Positions 37,084 to 46,239 of a stretch of 64,000 bases of DNA are shown piece after piece (position 1 is the stretch's first letter; each line of letters starts with the position of its first letter). This DNA comes from Candidatus Daviesbacteria bacterium (GTDB taxonomy: Bacteria; Patescibacteriota; Microgenomatia; Daviesbacterales; UBA10151), in the NCBI GenBank assembly GCA_016186955.1, contig JACPKP010000009.1, forward strand, positions 97,595 to 161,594, in the 5' to 3' direction. A model generated the notes under the pieces. The model saw nothing but the letters and a program-made list of their open reading frames with translations, had not been told where the DNA came from and made no database searches. The position numbers were made by a program, and so were the translations under genes.

Positions 37084-38595
37084 ATGGCGTTAGACCAGTT
37101 AAAAAAGGAACGGATAAAAAAACTTAAGTATATCAGGAAACTGGGGATTGATCCTTATCCTGCCAGGCTGGATTCTGGACAAGCACACCTAACAGATGGG
37201 CAGGCCTTGCCTGCCGGCAGGCAGGCCAGAACGACCGCTGTAGAGGCGCTTAAAAAGATGGGTAAAAAAGTGGTTTTAGCAGGCAGAATCAGGTCTTTGA
37301 GGCCACATGGCAAGATCACTTTTGCTGATTTGGAGGATACATCAAGTAGGATACAGTTGTTTTTTGCCCAGAATGACCTTAACGGTGAAAAGTATGATTT
37401 TCTGGCCAATTTAGACCTGGGTGATTTTTTGCAAGTTTCAGGTGAAATTTTTAAAACCCAGGCTGGGGAAACCACAGTAAAAGTTGCCTCTTACAAGATT
37501 TTAACCAAATCACTGCTTCCGCTACCCTCTTCTTGGTATGGATTGAAGGATGTGGAGGAGCGCAACAGAAGAAGGTATTTGGATTTGTTGATGAACCCGG
37601 ATGTGCGCAAAACTTTTGAAACACGGTCAAAAATAATAAATACAATCAGAAGATTCTTAATAGACAAAAAAGGATATTTTGAAGTTGAAAGCCCGGTTTT
37701 ACAGATTTTATACGGAGGCACCCGGGCCAGGCCTTTTAAAACCCACCACAACACTTTAGATACCACATTATATTTAAGGATCTCCAATGAGCTCTATTTA
37801 AAAAGACTGATTGTGGGAGGATTTGAGAAGGTTTTTGAAATCGGCCATACATTTCGGAATGAGGGGATGGACCGTAACCATAACCCGGAGTTTACCATGC
37901 TTGAAACAATGCAGGCTTATTTTGATTACAACGACAATATGGATCTGGTCGAGGAGATGTTTGAATTTGTGGCGCTGGAGGTTTTTGGAAAGACTAAACT
38001 TGAATACCAGGGACAGGTTTTAGAATTTAAAAGACCTTGGCTGAGGGTTAAACTGGTGGATTTATTCAAAAAACATACAGGAGTGCATTTTAATGAAATA
38101 GACACCTTGGAAAAAGCAGTTATTCTGGCAAAAAAATTGGGTGTAGAGATTAAAGATTATATGACAGATGGAGAAATACTGCTTGAGATTTTTGAAAAAA
38201 AATGTACAGATCAGTTGGTCCAACCGACATTTGTTTATGATTACCCCGCAGATTTTTATCCTTTGGCAAAAAGGAAAGCTGATGACCCGAAGTTTGTCGA
38301 GAGTTTCGATATTTATTGCGCAGGAATGGAGATGGGGACAAATTACACTGAGCAAAATGATCCGCAAGCTCTGCGGGAGTCTTGGATGAAAGAAAAGAAA
38401 AAAGCCAAGGCAGGGAATAAGGAGGCTCAAAAATTAGATGAGGATTTTCTGGAGGCATTGGAATATGGAATGCCGCCTACCTCAGGAATAGGCCCGGGGT
38501 TGGACAGGTGGGTGATGTTGATGACCAATTCCCCTTCAATTGCGGATGTGATACTATTTCCGTCACTGAAGCCTGAAAAACAAAAGAAGAATTAA
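37084..38595 (+). CDS. lysS: Lysyl-tRNA synthetase (class II)
   Basis: Motif 2 FRNEGMDRNHNPEFTMLE, motif 3 GIGPGLDRWVMLMTN, N-terminal OB anticodon-binding domain. Confidence 0.9.
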   Translation: MALDQLKKERIKKLKYIRKLGIDPYPARLDSGQAHLTDGQALPAGRQARTTAVEALKKMGKKVVLAGRIRSLRPHGKITFADLEDTSSRIQLFFAQNDLNGEKYDFLANLDLGDFLQVSGEIFKTQAGETTVKVASYKILTKSLLPLPSSWYGLKDVEERNRRRYLDLLMNPDVRKTFETRSKIINTIRRFLIDKKGYFEVESPVLQILYGGTRARPFKTHHNTLDTTLYLRISNELYLKRLIVGGFEKVFEIGHTFRNEGMDRNHNPEFTMLETMQAYFDYNDNMDLVEEMFEFVALEVFGKTKLEYQGQVLEFKRPWLRVKLVDLFKKHTGVHFNEIDTLEKAVILAKKLGVEIKDYMTDGEILLEIFEKKCTDQLVQPTFVYDYPADFYPLAKRKADDPKFVESFDIYCAGMEMGTNYTEQNDPQALRESWMKEKKKAKAGNKEAQKLDEDFLEALEYGMPPTSGIGPGLDRWVMLMTNSPSIADVILFPSLKPEKQKKN

Positions 38596-38611
38596 TATTC
38601 TTCGAAATACC

Positions 38612-39208
38612 ATGAATAGACAAGAAGCTTATAAATTAATGGAGGAGATGGTAAAATCGCCGAATTTACGAAAGCATGCAATGGCTGTGGAGGCGATAAT
38701 GCGGTCTTTGTGTGGATTCCTAAAAGAGCGTTTAGCCTCAAAAGGCGTCCCCTTTGAGCCTGAGGAATTTGATGAGGAAGAATGGGGGATTGTGGGATTA
38801 CTTCATGATGCGGATTATGAGCTGGTGGAGAAAGACCCTAAACGCCACACCTTGGTGACTGAGGAAAAATTAAGGCCTTTGGGGGTGTCCGAGCGGATTA
38901 TTAATGGGATTAAAGCCCATCATGAGGGGATAAAAGAGGGGCGGGATAATTTCCTGGAAAAGGCAGTGTATGCAGCAGATGAACTTTCAGGACTTATTAC
39001 TGCAGTGGCTCTGGTGCGTCCGGACAAAAAACTTTCTTCAGTAACTGTTGAATCAGTCATGAAAAAATTCCCGGAAAAATCCTTTGCAGCCGGCGCCAAA
39101 AGGGAGCAAATTCTAGCTTGCGAGAAGGAACTTGATATTCCTCTCGCGGAGTTTGTTAAAATAGGTTTAGAGGCGATGCAGGGAATCTCAGAAAAGTTAG
39201 GATTATAA
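38612..39208 (+). CDS. HD-domain phosphohydrolase (HDIG-like)
   Basis: H...HD motif (LRKHAMAVEAIMR ... GLLHDADY). Confidence 0.65.
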   Translation: MNRQEAYKLMEEMVKSPNLRKHAMAVEAIMRSLCGFLKERLASKGVPFEPEEFDEEEWGIVGLLHDADYELVEKDPKRHTLVTEEKLRPLGVSERIINGIKAHHEGIKEGRDNFLEKAVYAADELSGLITAVALVRPDKKLSSVTVESVMKKFPEKSFAAGAKREQILACEKELDIPLAEFVKIGLEAMQGISEKLGL

Positions 39209-40516
39209 ATGCTAGATATTAATTTTATTCGGGAAAATACAGAGCAAGTCAAAAAAACAGTTGCTGATAAAAAGGTAAAATTTAATGTAGATGAATTATT
39301 AAAAACTGATAATTTAAGAAGAGATGCTCTTTCAAAAGTTGAGGCGCTTAGGAGAGAAAAAAATGAAGCGGCTCACAAAAGAGATATTGAAAAAGGCAAA
39401 AGCATCAAGGAACAATTAAATAAATTAGAAAAATCATTAGAAATTTGTCAAGAAGCATATAAAAAATTGATGTATGAAGTGCCCAATGTTCCCTTAAGTG
39501 ATGTCCCAGATGGAGATGAATCAAATAATAAGCTTCTTCGAAAAAATAAAGAACCTTCTAAGTTAACGTTTAAACCGAAAGATCACATTGAGCTTGGAGA
39601 AAAATTAGAGATTATAGATATTCAAAAGGCTGCGCAGGTTTCAGGGAGTAGATTCGCATACTTAAAGGGAGAAGGTGCTCTTTTAGAGCTTGCGTTAGTA
39701 TATTATGTAATGGAAATTCTTGTTAAAAAAGGCTTTATTCCAGTAATACCTCCTGCGCTTATTAAGCAAGAAGTAACTGAAAAGCTAGGTTACTGGAATG
39801 GTGGGGGAAATGAAAATTACTATTTAGTGCATGACTTTGAAGTAGGGGGGCCGAAACAAGGGGAACCCTTGCTGTTATATCTTATTGGAACTGGTGAACA
39901 TGCATTAGTCCCTTTGCATAATGAAGAGATTTTAGAAGAAAAGGAATTACCTAAAAAGTATGCTGCATTTTCCTCTTGTTTTAGACGAGAAGCAGGTTCA
40001 TATGGAAAGGATACGCATGGCATCCTGCGAGTCCATCAATTTGATAAGGTAGAAATGGTTGAGTTTGTAAAACCTGAAGATGACGAAAAAGAACGTAGAG
40101 AAATGTTGTCTATTGCGGAAACAATAATGGATTCATTAGGCCTGCCTTATCGAGTAGTACAATTAGCAAAAGGAGACTTAAGTTTTCCTTCTGCAGAAAC
40201 TGTTGATATTGAAACTTGGATTCCTTCACAAGAAAGATATAGAGAAACTCATTCAATTTCGACAACAACAAATTTTCAAGCAAGAAGATTTAATATTAAA
40301 TATAAAATGCTTCAACCTAGTTCGTTGGGTCTCATGGGTGTTGGAGGAGGTTCAAGAATGGAATTTGTGCATATTCTTAATGGTACGGCAATTGCTATAG
40401 GTAGAGCTATTATTGCCATTTTGGAAAACTATCAGCAGGAAGACGGTACTGTATTAATACCAGAAGTCCTGCAAAAATACACCGGGTTTTCCAGAATTTC
40501 CCCCAAATCCAAATAA
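39209..40516 (+). CDS. serS: Seryl-tRNA synthetase
   Basis: N-terminal coiled-coil arm MLDINFIRENTEQVKK, class II motifs (FRREAGS, GEHALVP...). Confidence 0.9.
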   Translation: MLDINFIRENTEQVKKTVADKKVKFNVDELLKTDNLRRDALSKVEALRREKNEAAHKRDIEKGKSIKEQLNKLEKSLEICQEAYKKLMYEVPNVPLSDVPDGDESNNKLLRKNKEPSKLTFKPKDHIELGEKLEIIDIQKAAQVSGSRFAYLKGEGALLELALVYYVMEILVKKGFIPVIPPALIKQEVTEKLGYWNGGGNENYYLVHDFEVGGPKQGEPLLLYLIGTGEHALVPLHNEEILEEKELPKKYAAFSSCFRREAGSYGKDTHGILRVHQFDKVEMVEFVKPEDDEKERREMLSIAETIMDSLGLPYRVVQLAKGDLSFPSAETVDIETWIPSQERYRETHSISTTTNFQARRFNIKYKMLQPSSLGLMGVGGGSRMEFVHILNGTAIAIGRAIIAILENYQQEDGTVLIPEVLQKYTGFSRISPKSK

Positions 40517-40520
40517 ATCC

Positions 40521-41318
40521 TTAACGGGGGGTAGGAGAAGGGTTTTGACGCTCTTTCAGAATTTCCAACGCTGACTTTGGTTTTGATGAACTGGTACCCG
40601 TTGATCCGTTCAAATCTCCAAATCCTGCAGACGCAGAAGGGGAAGCTTCAGATGCAGTAGGTGTAGGGGAAGGTTTAGTTGTTTCAACAGGTTGTGGTGT
40701 TGGAGTTGGTGTTTGAGGTTTACCTACCCCCAAAATAAAATATGCAGAACCGGCGCCAACCAACAGTACCAGCAAGATGCCTCCTATAATTAAAAACTTT
40801 GATAAAGATGAATGATGCGTGGAGACATCGATTGATTCAGGGGTGGCAGGAGAGTTGGGCACTACTAAATTTTCAGAGTTTGATATAGGAGGTGTGTATA
40901 TCTCAGGGGGCGGAGGCTGGTCATTATTGCCGGTAAGCTGCGACAAGTCAGTAGGGGCAGGTTCCGGTTGAGGAATAAGCGGGCCAACAGTACTAGTAGG
41001 TTCAGCAGGTTTGGGGGGATTTAGAATGGCAGCCAGATTGTCAGGGAGTCCGGGTTCAGCAGAGGCATTCAGATTGTTGGGGTCAGTGGGTGGAATAAAG
41101 GTAGGCATAGGGTTTGTATTAGCAGGCGTGGGCCAAGCTGGCTCTTTCGGTTGGAGGGGGTTAGTTGAAAATGAAGTATTTACAGGATTATTAGATGGGG
41201 GTGGGGGTATAGAGTTGGCGCCAAAAGAGTTACCTAGCTGGTTTGCTGGCGCCGGGTTAGCCAGCGGGTTAGTGATAGGGGATGAATTATTATCAGGGTT
41301 TTGGTTATTGTTATCCAT
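40521..41318 (-). CDS. Proline-rich membrane-anchored low-complexity protein
   Basis: Pro/Asn/Thr-rich N-terminal ~190 aa, single TM helix FLIIGGILLVLLVGAGSAYFILGV, PT-rich tail. Confidence 0.45.
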   Translation of the reverse strand: MDNNNQNPDNNSSPITNPLANPAPANQLGNSFGANSIPPPPSNNPVNTSFSTNPLQPKEPAWPTPANTNPMPTFIPPTDPNNLNASAEPGLPDNLAAILNPPKPAEPTSTVGPLIPQPEPAPTDLSQLTGNNDQPPPPEIYTPPISNSENLVVPNSPATPESIDVSTHHSSLSKFLIIGGILLVLLVGAGSAYFILGVGKPQTPTPTPQPVETTKPSPTPTASEASPSASAGFGDLNGSTGTSSSKPKSALEILKERQNPSPTPR

Positions 41319-41410
41319 AGGCAGGATCTAGATTTTAGTGTATAGGATTATCCGGGTATTTGTCAACGCAATAGCTTATTTGGCATGGAATTGTTAGAAT
41401 ATGAAGTGTT

Positions 41411-44233
41411 ATGTTGAGCCTATTTAGCAAATTTATTGATGCCAACAAAAGAGAGCTTGGCCGTTTGGAACAAGTTGTCAGGAAAATAAATGCCTTGGAA
41501 GGGAAGACTAAGAAGTTGTCAGACAAACAAGTTTTGGGCAAAGTAGAAGAGTTGAAAAAAAGATATTTAAAAGGAGAGACGCTTGACGGACTCTTGCCGG
41601 AAATGTTTGCGCTGGTCAGGGAGATAGGTTTAAGGGAGCTTGAACAGCGCCATTTCGATGTCCAGTTGATGTCAGGGATTGTATTACATGAAGGTAAGAT
41701 TTCAGAGCAAAAAACCGGTGAAGGCAAAACACATTCTGCTGTTTTAGCGCTGGCGCTGAATGCTTTAACCGGCAAAGGGGTGCATCTGGTGACTGTCAAT
41801 GATTACCTGGCAAGGAGGGATTGCGGTTGGAATGGGCCGATCTTCCATGCTTTGGGATTATCTTGCGGAGTTATCATACACGAACAAGCTTTTATTTATG
41901 ACCCTAAATATTCGAACAGGGAAGTTACAGACAAGAGGTTAAAGCATCTGCGTCTTGTCTCACGTAAAGAAGCCTACAGCGCAGACATCACATATGGGAC
42001 AAATAATGAATTCGGTTTTGATTATTTAAGGGATAATATGGTGTTAACACTGGATCAGCAGGTTCAGCGCGGCCATCATTTTGCGATTGTTGATGAGGTA
42101 GATTCAATATTGATTGATGAGGCAAGGACCCCGCTTATTATTTCCGCCCCTGCCCAGGAAGCTACAGATAAGTATATAAAATTCTCACAAATTGTTGATA
42201 AGTTATCTGCAAGTACGGATTTTATAGTTGATGAAAAACAACATACAGCTCACCTGACAGAGCACGGTACCATCAAAATCGAAAAGATCCTGGGAGTGGA
42301 TAATTTATATGAAAAAGATTTTTCCACCCTACACCATATTGAAGAAGCGCTGAAAGCAAAAACTTTATTCCAAAAAGACAGGGATTATGTGGTTAAAGAC
42401 GGGGAGGTTATTATTGTGGATGAGTTTACGGGCAGGTTGATGCCCGGACGCCGTTATAGTGAGGGTCTACACCAGGCTATTGAAGCCAAGGAAAATGTTC
42501 CTATCCAGCAAGAGTCACAGACCTTGGCGACAATCTCCTTTCAGAATTATTTCAGGATGTATGAGAAATTGGCGGGTATGACAGGGACTGCAGCTACAGA
42601 GGCTGAGGAGTTTGCAAAAATATACAAACTCGATGTGGTGATTATTCCAACGCATATGCCAATGATCAGGGAAGACAATCCTGATGCAATTTACAAAACC
42701 CAGACAGCAAAATATACAGCTGTGGCCAATGAAGTTGAAGAATTATATAAAAAGAGACAACCGGTTTTAGTAGGCACCACTTCAATTGAAAAAAATGAAT
42801 TTTTATCAGAACTTTTAAAAAGAAAGGGTGTATCGCATGCTCTTTTAAATGCTAAAAACCACGAAAGGGAAGCAGAGATCATTGCTGATGCAGGGCAAAA
42901 AGGCGCCGTTACGGTGGCTACTAACCTGGCAGGCAGGGGTGTTGATATTAAATTGGGTAAGGGTGTGGACAAACTGGGAGGCCTGTTTGTAATAGGGACC
43001 GAGAGACATGAATCAAGGAGGATAGATAACCAGTTGAGAGGCCGTTCCGGTAGGCAGGGTGATCCCGGCGGCACAAAATTTTTTGTTTCACTTGAAGATG
43101 ATTTGATGAGGATTTTTGGTGGGGAACAGGTGAGCAAAGTGATGAATTTTCTCAAAATGCCTGAGGATGTCCCAATTGAACATGGGCTTGTCTCCAGGGC
43201 GATTGAAGGGGCCCAGAAGAAAGTTGAAGGGCACAATTTTGATATCAGGAAACACACTGTTGAGTATGACGATGTGATGAATCAGCAAAGGCAGATTATT
43301 TATGGAGTTAGGAAACAGATACTGGAGGCATCATCGATCTCTGTCATTCACTCCGTTCAGGATGACAAGGGAACCCTAAAGGACGAAATTTTGCAGAAGG
43401 TTGAAATAGAGATAGGTAATATAGTTGCTGTATATTCAGCAGAAAATTTAGACTATGAAAAGATTGCAGAGGAGTTTTCAACTATTATCCCTTTTGACCA
43501 AAACAGCAAAAAAGGCCTGCTGGAACAATTAAAAAATTTATCTTCGGTAGAACAGATCAGTGAATTTTTAATAAAAGTTGCCAGGGATTTATACCAGGAA
43601 AGGGAAAAACAGGTAGGCCCGGATATTGCCAGGCAGATGGAAAATTTTGTTTATTTAAACACGATTGATACTTTATGGATTGAGCATTTGGATACGATGG
43701 ATGATTTAAGGGCTGGGATAGGGCTGCGCGGTTATGCCCAAAGGGATCCGTTGGTTGAATACAAAAGGGAGGCGTTTGACCTGTTTGAAAAACTGATGGC
43801 AAATATTGATGCTGAGATTGTCCACAGGATTTTTAAGGTATCAGTTGACCAGAGGCAGCCTGTAAGAATAGAACCTGCTGTAGATTTATCAAAAGCTTTG
43901 GAAACCCATGATGAGGCGCTGGATGAAACACAGCTTATGGAGGAAATAGGGCAGTTGATGCCCCAAGCGCCAGAGGTCGTAAGTCGGACGTTGGGTATCG
44001 GAAACGGTGAAACTAAAGTTAAGGTGGAGGGGTCAAGCAATGATGAGGCGTACTCAAGTCCTGAACCTGCCACCCGCACTAAAGTAACAATTGAAAGGCA
44101 TGGGGAGATAGTAGCACAGGAAACTTATGGGGAGCAGGGGCAGCTGACAAAACCTCATGGTAAAGTGGGAAGAAATGATCCCTGCTGGTGCGGTTCAGGT
44201 AAAAAGTACAAACGTTGTCATTATCCTAACTGA
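41411..44233 (+). CDS. secA: Preprotein translocase ATPase SecA
   Basis: DEAD-like motor motifs, preprotein cross-linking domain, C-terminal zinc finger CWCGSGKKYKRCH. 940 aa. Confidence 0.95.
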   Translation: MLSLFSKFIDANKRELGRLEQVVRKINALEGKTKKLSDKQVLGKVEELKKRYLKGETLDGLLPEMFALVREIGLRELEQRHFDVQLMSGIVLHEGKISEQKTGEGKTHSAVLALALNALTGKGVHLVTVNDYLARRDCGWNGPIFHALGLSCGVIIHEQAFIYDPKYSNREVTDKRLKHLRLVSRKEAYSADITYGTNNEFGFDYLRDNMVLTLDQQVQRGHHFAIVDEVDSILIDEARTPLIISAPAQEATDKYIKFSQIVDKLSASTDFIVDEKQHTAHLTEHGTIKIEKILGVDNLYEKDFSTLHHIEEALKAKTLFQKDRDYVVKDGEVIIVDEFTGRLMPGRRYSEGLHQAIEAKENVPIQQESQTLATISFQNYFRMYEKLAGMTGTAATEAEEFAKIYKLDVVIIPTHMPMIREDNPDAIYKTQTAKYTAVANEVEELYKKRQPVLVGTTSIEKNEFLSELLKRKGVSHALLNAKNHEREAEIIADAGQKGAVTVATNLAGRGVDIKLGKGVDKLGGLFVIGTERHESRRIDNQLRGRSGRQGDPGGTKFFVSLEDDLMRIFGGEQVSKVMNFLKMPEDVPIEHGLVSRAIEGAQKKVEGHNFDIRKHTVEYDDVMNQQRQIIYGVRKQILEASSISVIHSVQDDKGTLKDEILQKVEIEIGNIVAVYSAENLDYEKIAEEFSTIIPFDQNSKKGLLEQLKNLSSVEQISEFLIKVARDLYQEREKQVGPDIARQMENFVYLNTIDTLWIEHLDTMDDLRAGIGLRGYAQRDPLVEYKREAFDLFEKLMANIDAEIVHRIFKVSVDQRQPVRIEPAVDLSKALETHDEALDETQLMEEIGQLMPQAPEVVSRTLGIGNGETKVKVEGSSNDEAYSSPEPATRTKVTIERHGEIVAQETYGEQGQLTKPHGKVGRNDPCWCGSGKKYKRCHYPN

Positions 44234-44512
44234 TTAGACTATTATATCAATCTAAAATACACATTTTAATACCACATAAAATAGACTTTTTCTATATAAA
44301 TCCACATCAAACTATTACCCATATTTTTGACCTAAAATTTCCTATAAGTCTTGATCTATAACTATCCGCTACCACATGGTTTTGCTTTGGAAACAGCTTA
44401 TGTGTTTCTGCTATAGTTAAAGAAGTAAAACTGCTAGAGTAAGTAATTGGCAAAGTGTCTAGTAATAGCACTTCGTCCAGAAACGAAAGAAGATAGTAGT
44501 CAATTAACAAAT

Positions 44513-45181
44513 ATGTTTATGAGGCCTATACAACTAAAATTTATAATATTGATATTATTTTTCATTGCTGTACTTTGTGGTTTTATCGTATACAAGATTT
44601 ACATATATGCTCCAAAACCATTTTATAAACCCACTTTAACGAATCAGAAAAACCTGCAGATGTACATATGGAAAAAGTACGAATACGCATTCCTTTATGA
44701 TGGTGGTTTTGTCTTAAGAGGGGAGGCCCCTGAACCCATTCCTCCTGGGGATGACGCTTTTTACTTCCATCCAAATGGTAAAAATGAACCTCTTTTGCAG
44801 AGTACCATTTCAATAGATAGGCTTGGAGAAAGAAAAAATCAGAATTTGGAAGAATTTATTAGACAATATTATGAACAATGGTTGTCTTATAATCATTTAT
44901 CTGGTAAGTTTGAACCTCCACATTCTGGGAAAGTAATTAAAATCAACAATTATCCTTTTACTACTCCTTATGGTATAAATGGGTATGAATCTTACTTTAC
45001 AATAGAAGATTGGGAGGACGATCATCCTAATAAGAAATCATATTCAGAAGCAGGCCCTTTCTTTACGTTTGAACTAATTGATGCTAATAAATCATACCAA
45101 GATTTTAGAATTATTGGCGGTGACCATTTTGAAGGTAGGCAAGCGGTTACGACATTTCTTAATACACTAAAACATGTATGA
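44513..45181 (+). CDS. Hypothetical membrane-anchored protein
   Basis: N-terminal TM helix. The track ORF starts at TTG 44447, so the first in-frame ATG is used here. No motif recognised. Confidence 0.35.
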   Translation: MFMRPIQLKFIILILFFIAVLCGFIVYKIYIYAPKPFYKPTLTNQKNLQMYIWKKYEYAFLYDGGFVLRGEAPEPIPPGDDAFYFHPNGKNEPLLQSTISIDRLGERKNQNLEEFIRQYYEQWLSYNHLSGKFEPPHSGKVIKINNYPFTTPYGINGYESYFTIEDWEDDHPNKKSYSEAGPFFTFELIDANKSYQDFRIIGGDHFEGRQAVTTFLNTLKHV

Positions 45182-45310
45182 GGTCCCCTATTTGGATAGC
45201 ATTTCAAAAATGCCACTATCCAAATTAAACTCCCTAGGTGTCCTATTTAGACCACCTCCCAGGTGAATTTTCCCTTTCTTTGATAACAATCGGTTACCAC
45301 ACGACAAAGC

Positions 45311-45787
45311 TTAAAGGAGAATTTCCAATTCAATTTCATCTCTAAGAGGTATATTGTCGATTCCAACTAAAGGAATTTCAGGTTTTAATTTTCGTGACTG
45401 TTCAAGGGCATTCGGATAAACTGTAACAAGATGAAATCCTCGCCTCTGATAGAAATGGAGCGCTTTTGTATTATCGTTTGTTTCAATTAGCCAAATTCTT
45501 TTGCATTTATGATTTTTTACAATCTTTTTGACAGATTTTATTAATCTAGAGCCAATTCCTTTTTTTTCAAGAAAGCTGTTGAGTGTTACAATTTCACATT
45601 CGTCACCTTCAATGTTATAAGTAATGAGTCCTGAAGGTTTACTATTATCTGTAGCAATAAATCCTTTAAGAGCAGAGGCATCACGCATCTTTCCTCGGCT
45701 TACAATATATGTAGAACCCCATTGATTAGTGAGTAAGTCAGCGATCCATTCTTTGTCTGTTTCTTTTATTTCACTGATCTTTATCAT
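45311..45787 (-). CDS. GNAT family N-acetyltransferase
   Basis: Acetyl-CoA binding region RIWLIETNDNTKALHFYQRRGF. Confidence 0.65.
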   Translation of the reverse strand: MIKISEIKETDKEWIADLLTNQWGSTYIVSRGKMRDASALKGFIATDNSKPSGLITYNIEGDECEIVTLNSFLEKKGIGSRLIKSVKKIVKNHKCKRIWLIETNDNTKALHFYQRRGFHLVTVYPNALEQSRKLKPEIPLVGIDNIPLRDEIELEILL

Positions 45788-46239
45788 GTATCAAATTATA
45801 TCATGGTTGACCGTAGAACGAGCTTGTAACAAAATTTTTACACAATGGAAAAAATCTCTTTAACTTCTGGTTTTAGATAAACTCATTTAACTCGAGTTTG
45901 CAACTCTTGTTAAACGATTTTGAACCCAAAATACTTTTTGATTAGACTCAAATTGGAATATTTTGAGTATAAGAGGGACGCATTGACTCTTTGGATTTTA
46001 CATCTGTAATTAAATTTATATGGAAATTCAAAGGTCTGATACGGTAATTAACTCTCGAATTAAGCAACAACCGGAGTCACTAACTTATGAAGAGTTGAAA
46101 GAAAAAGCACGATATATTGTCTTAGGAGAACGTAAAGTGATCCACCTAGAATCACAATTAAGATATAGTCGTTTGGAGAGCATTTCATAATCCTATAGCA
46201 AAAACACTATATTGACATAAGTTACTTTTTTGTCATACG

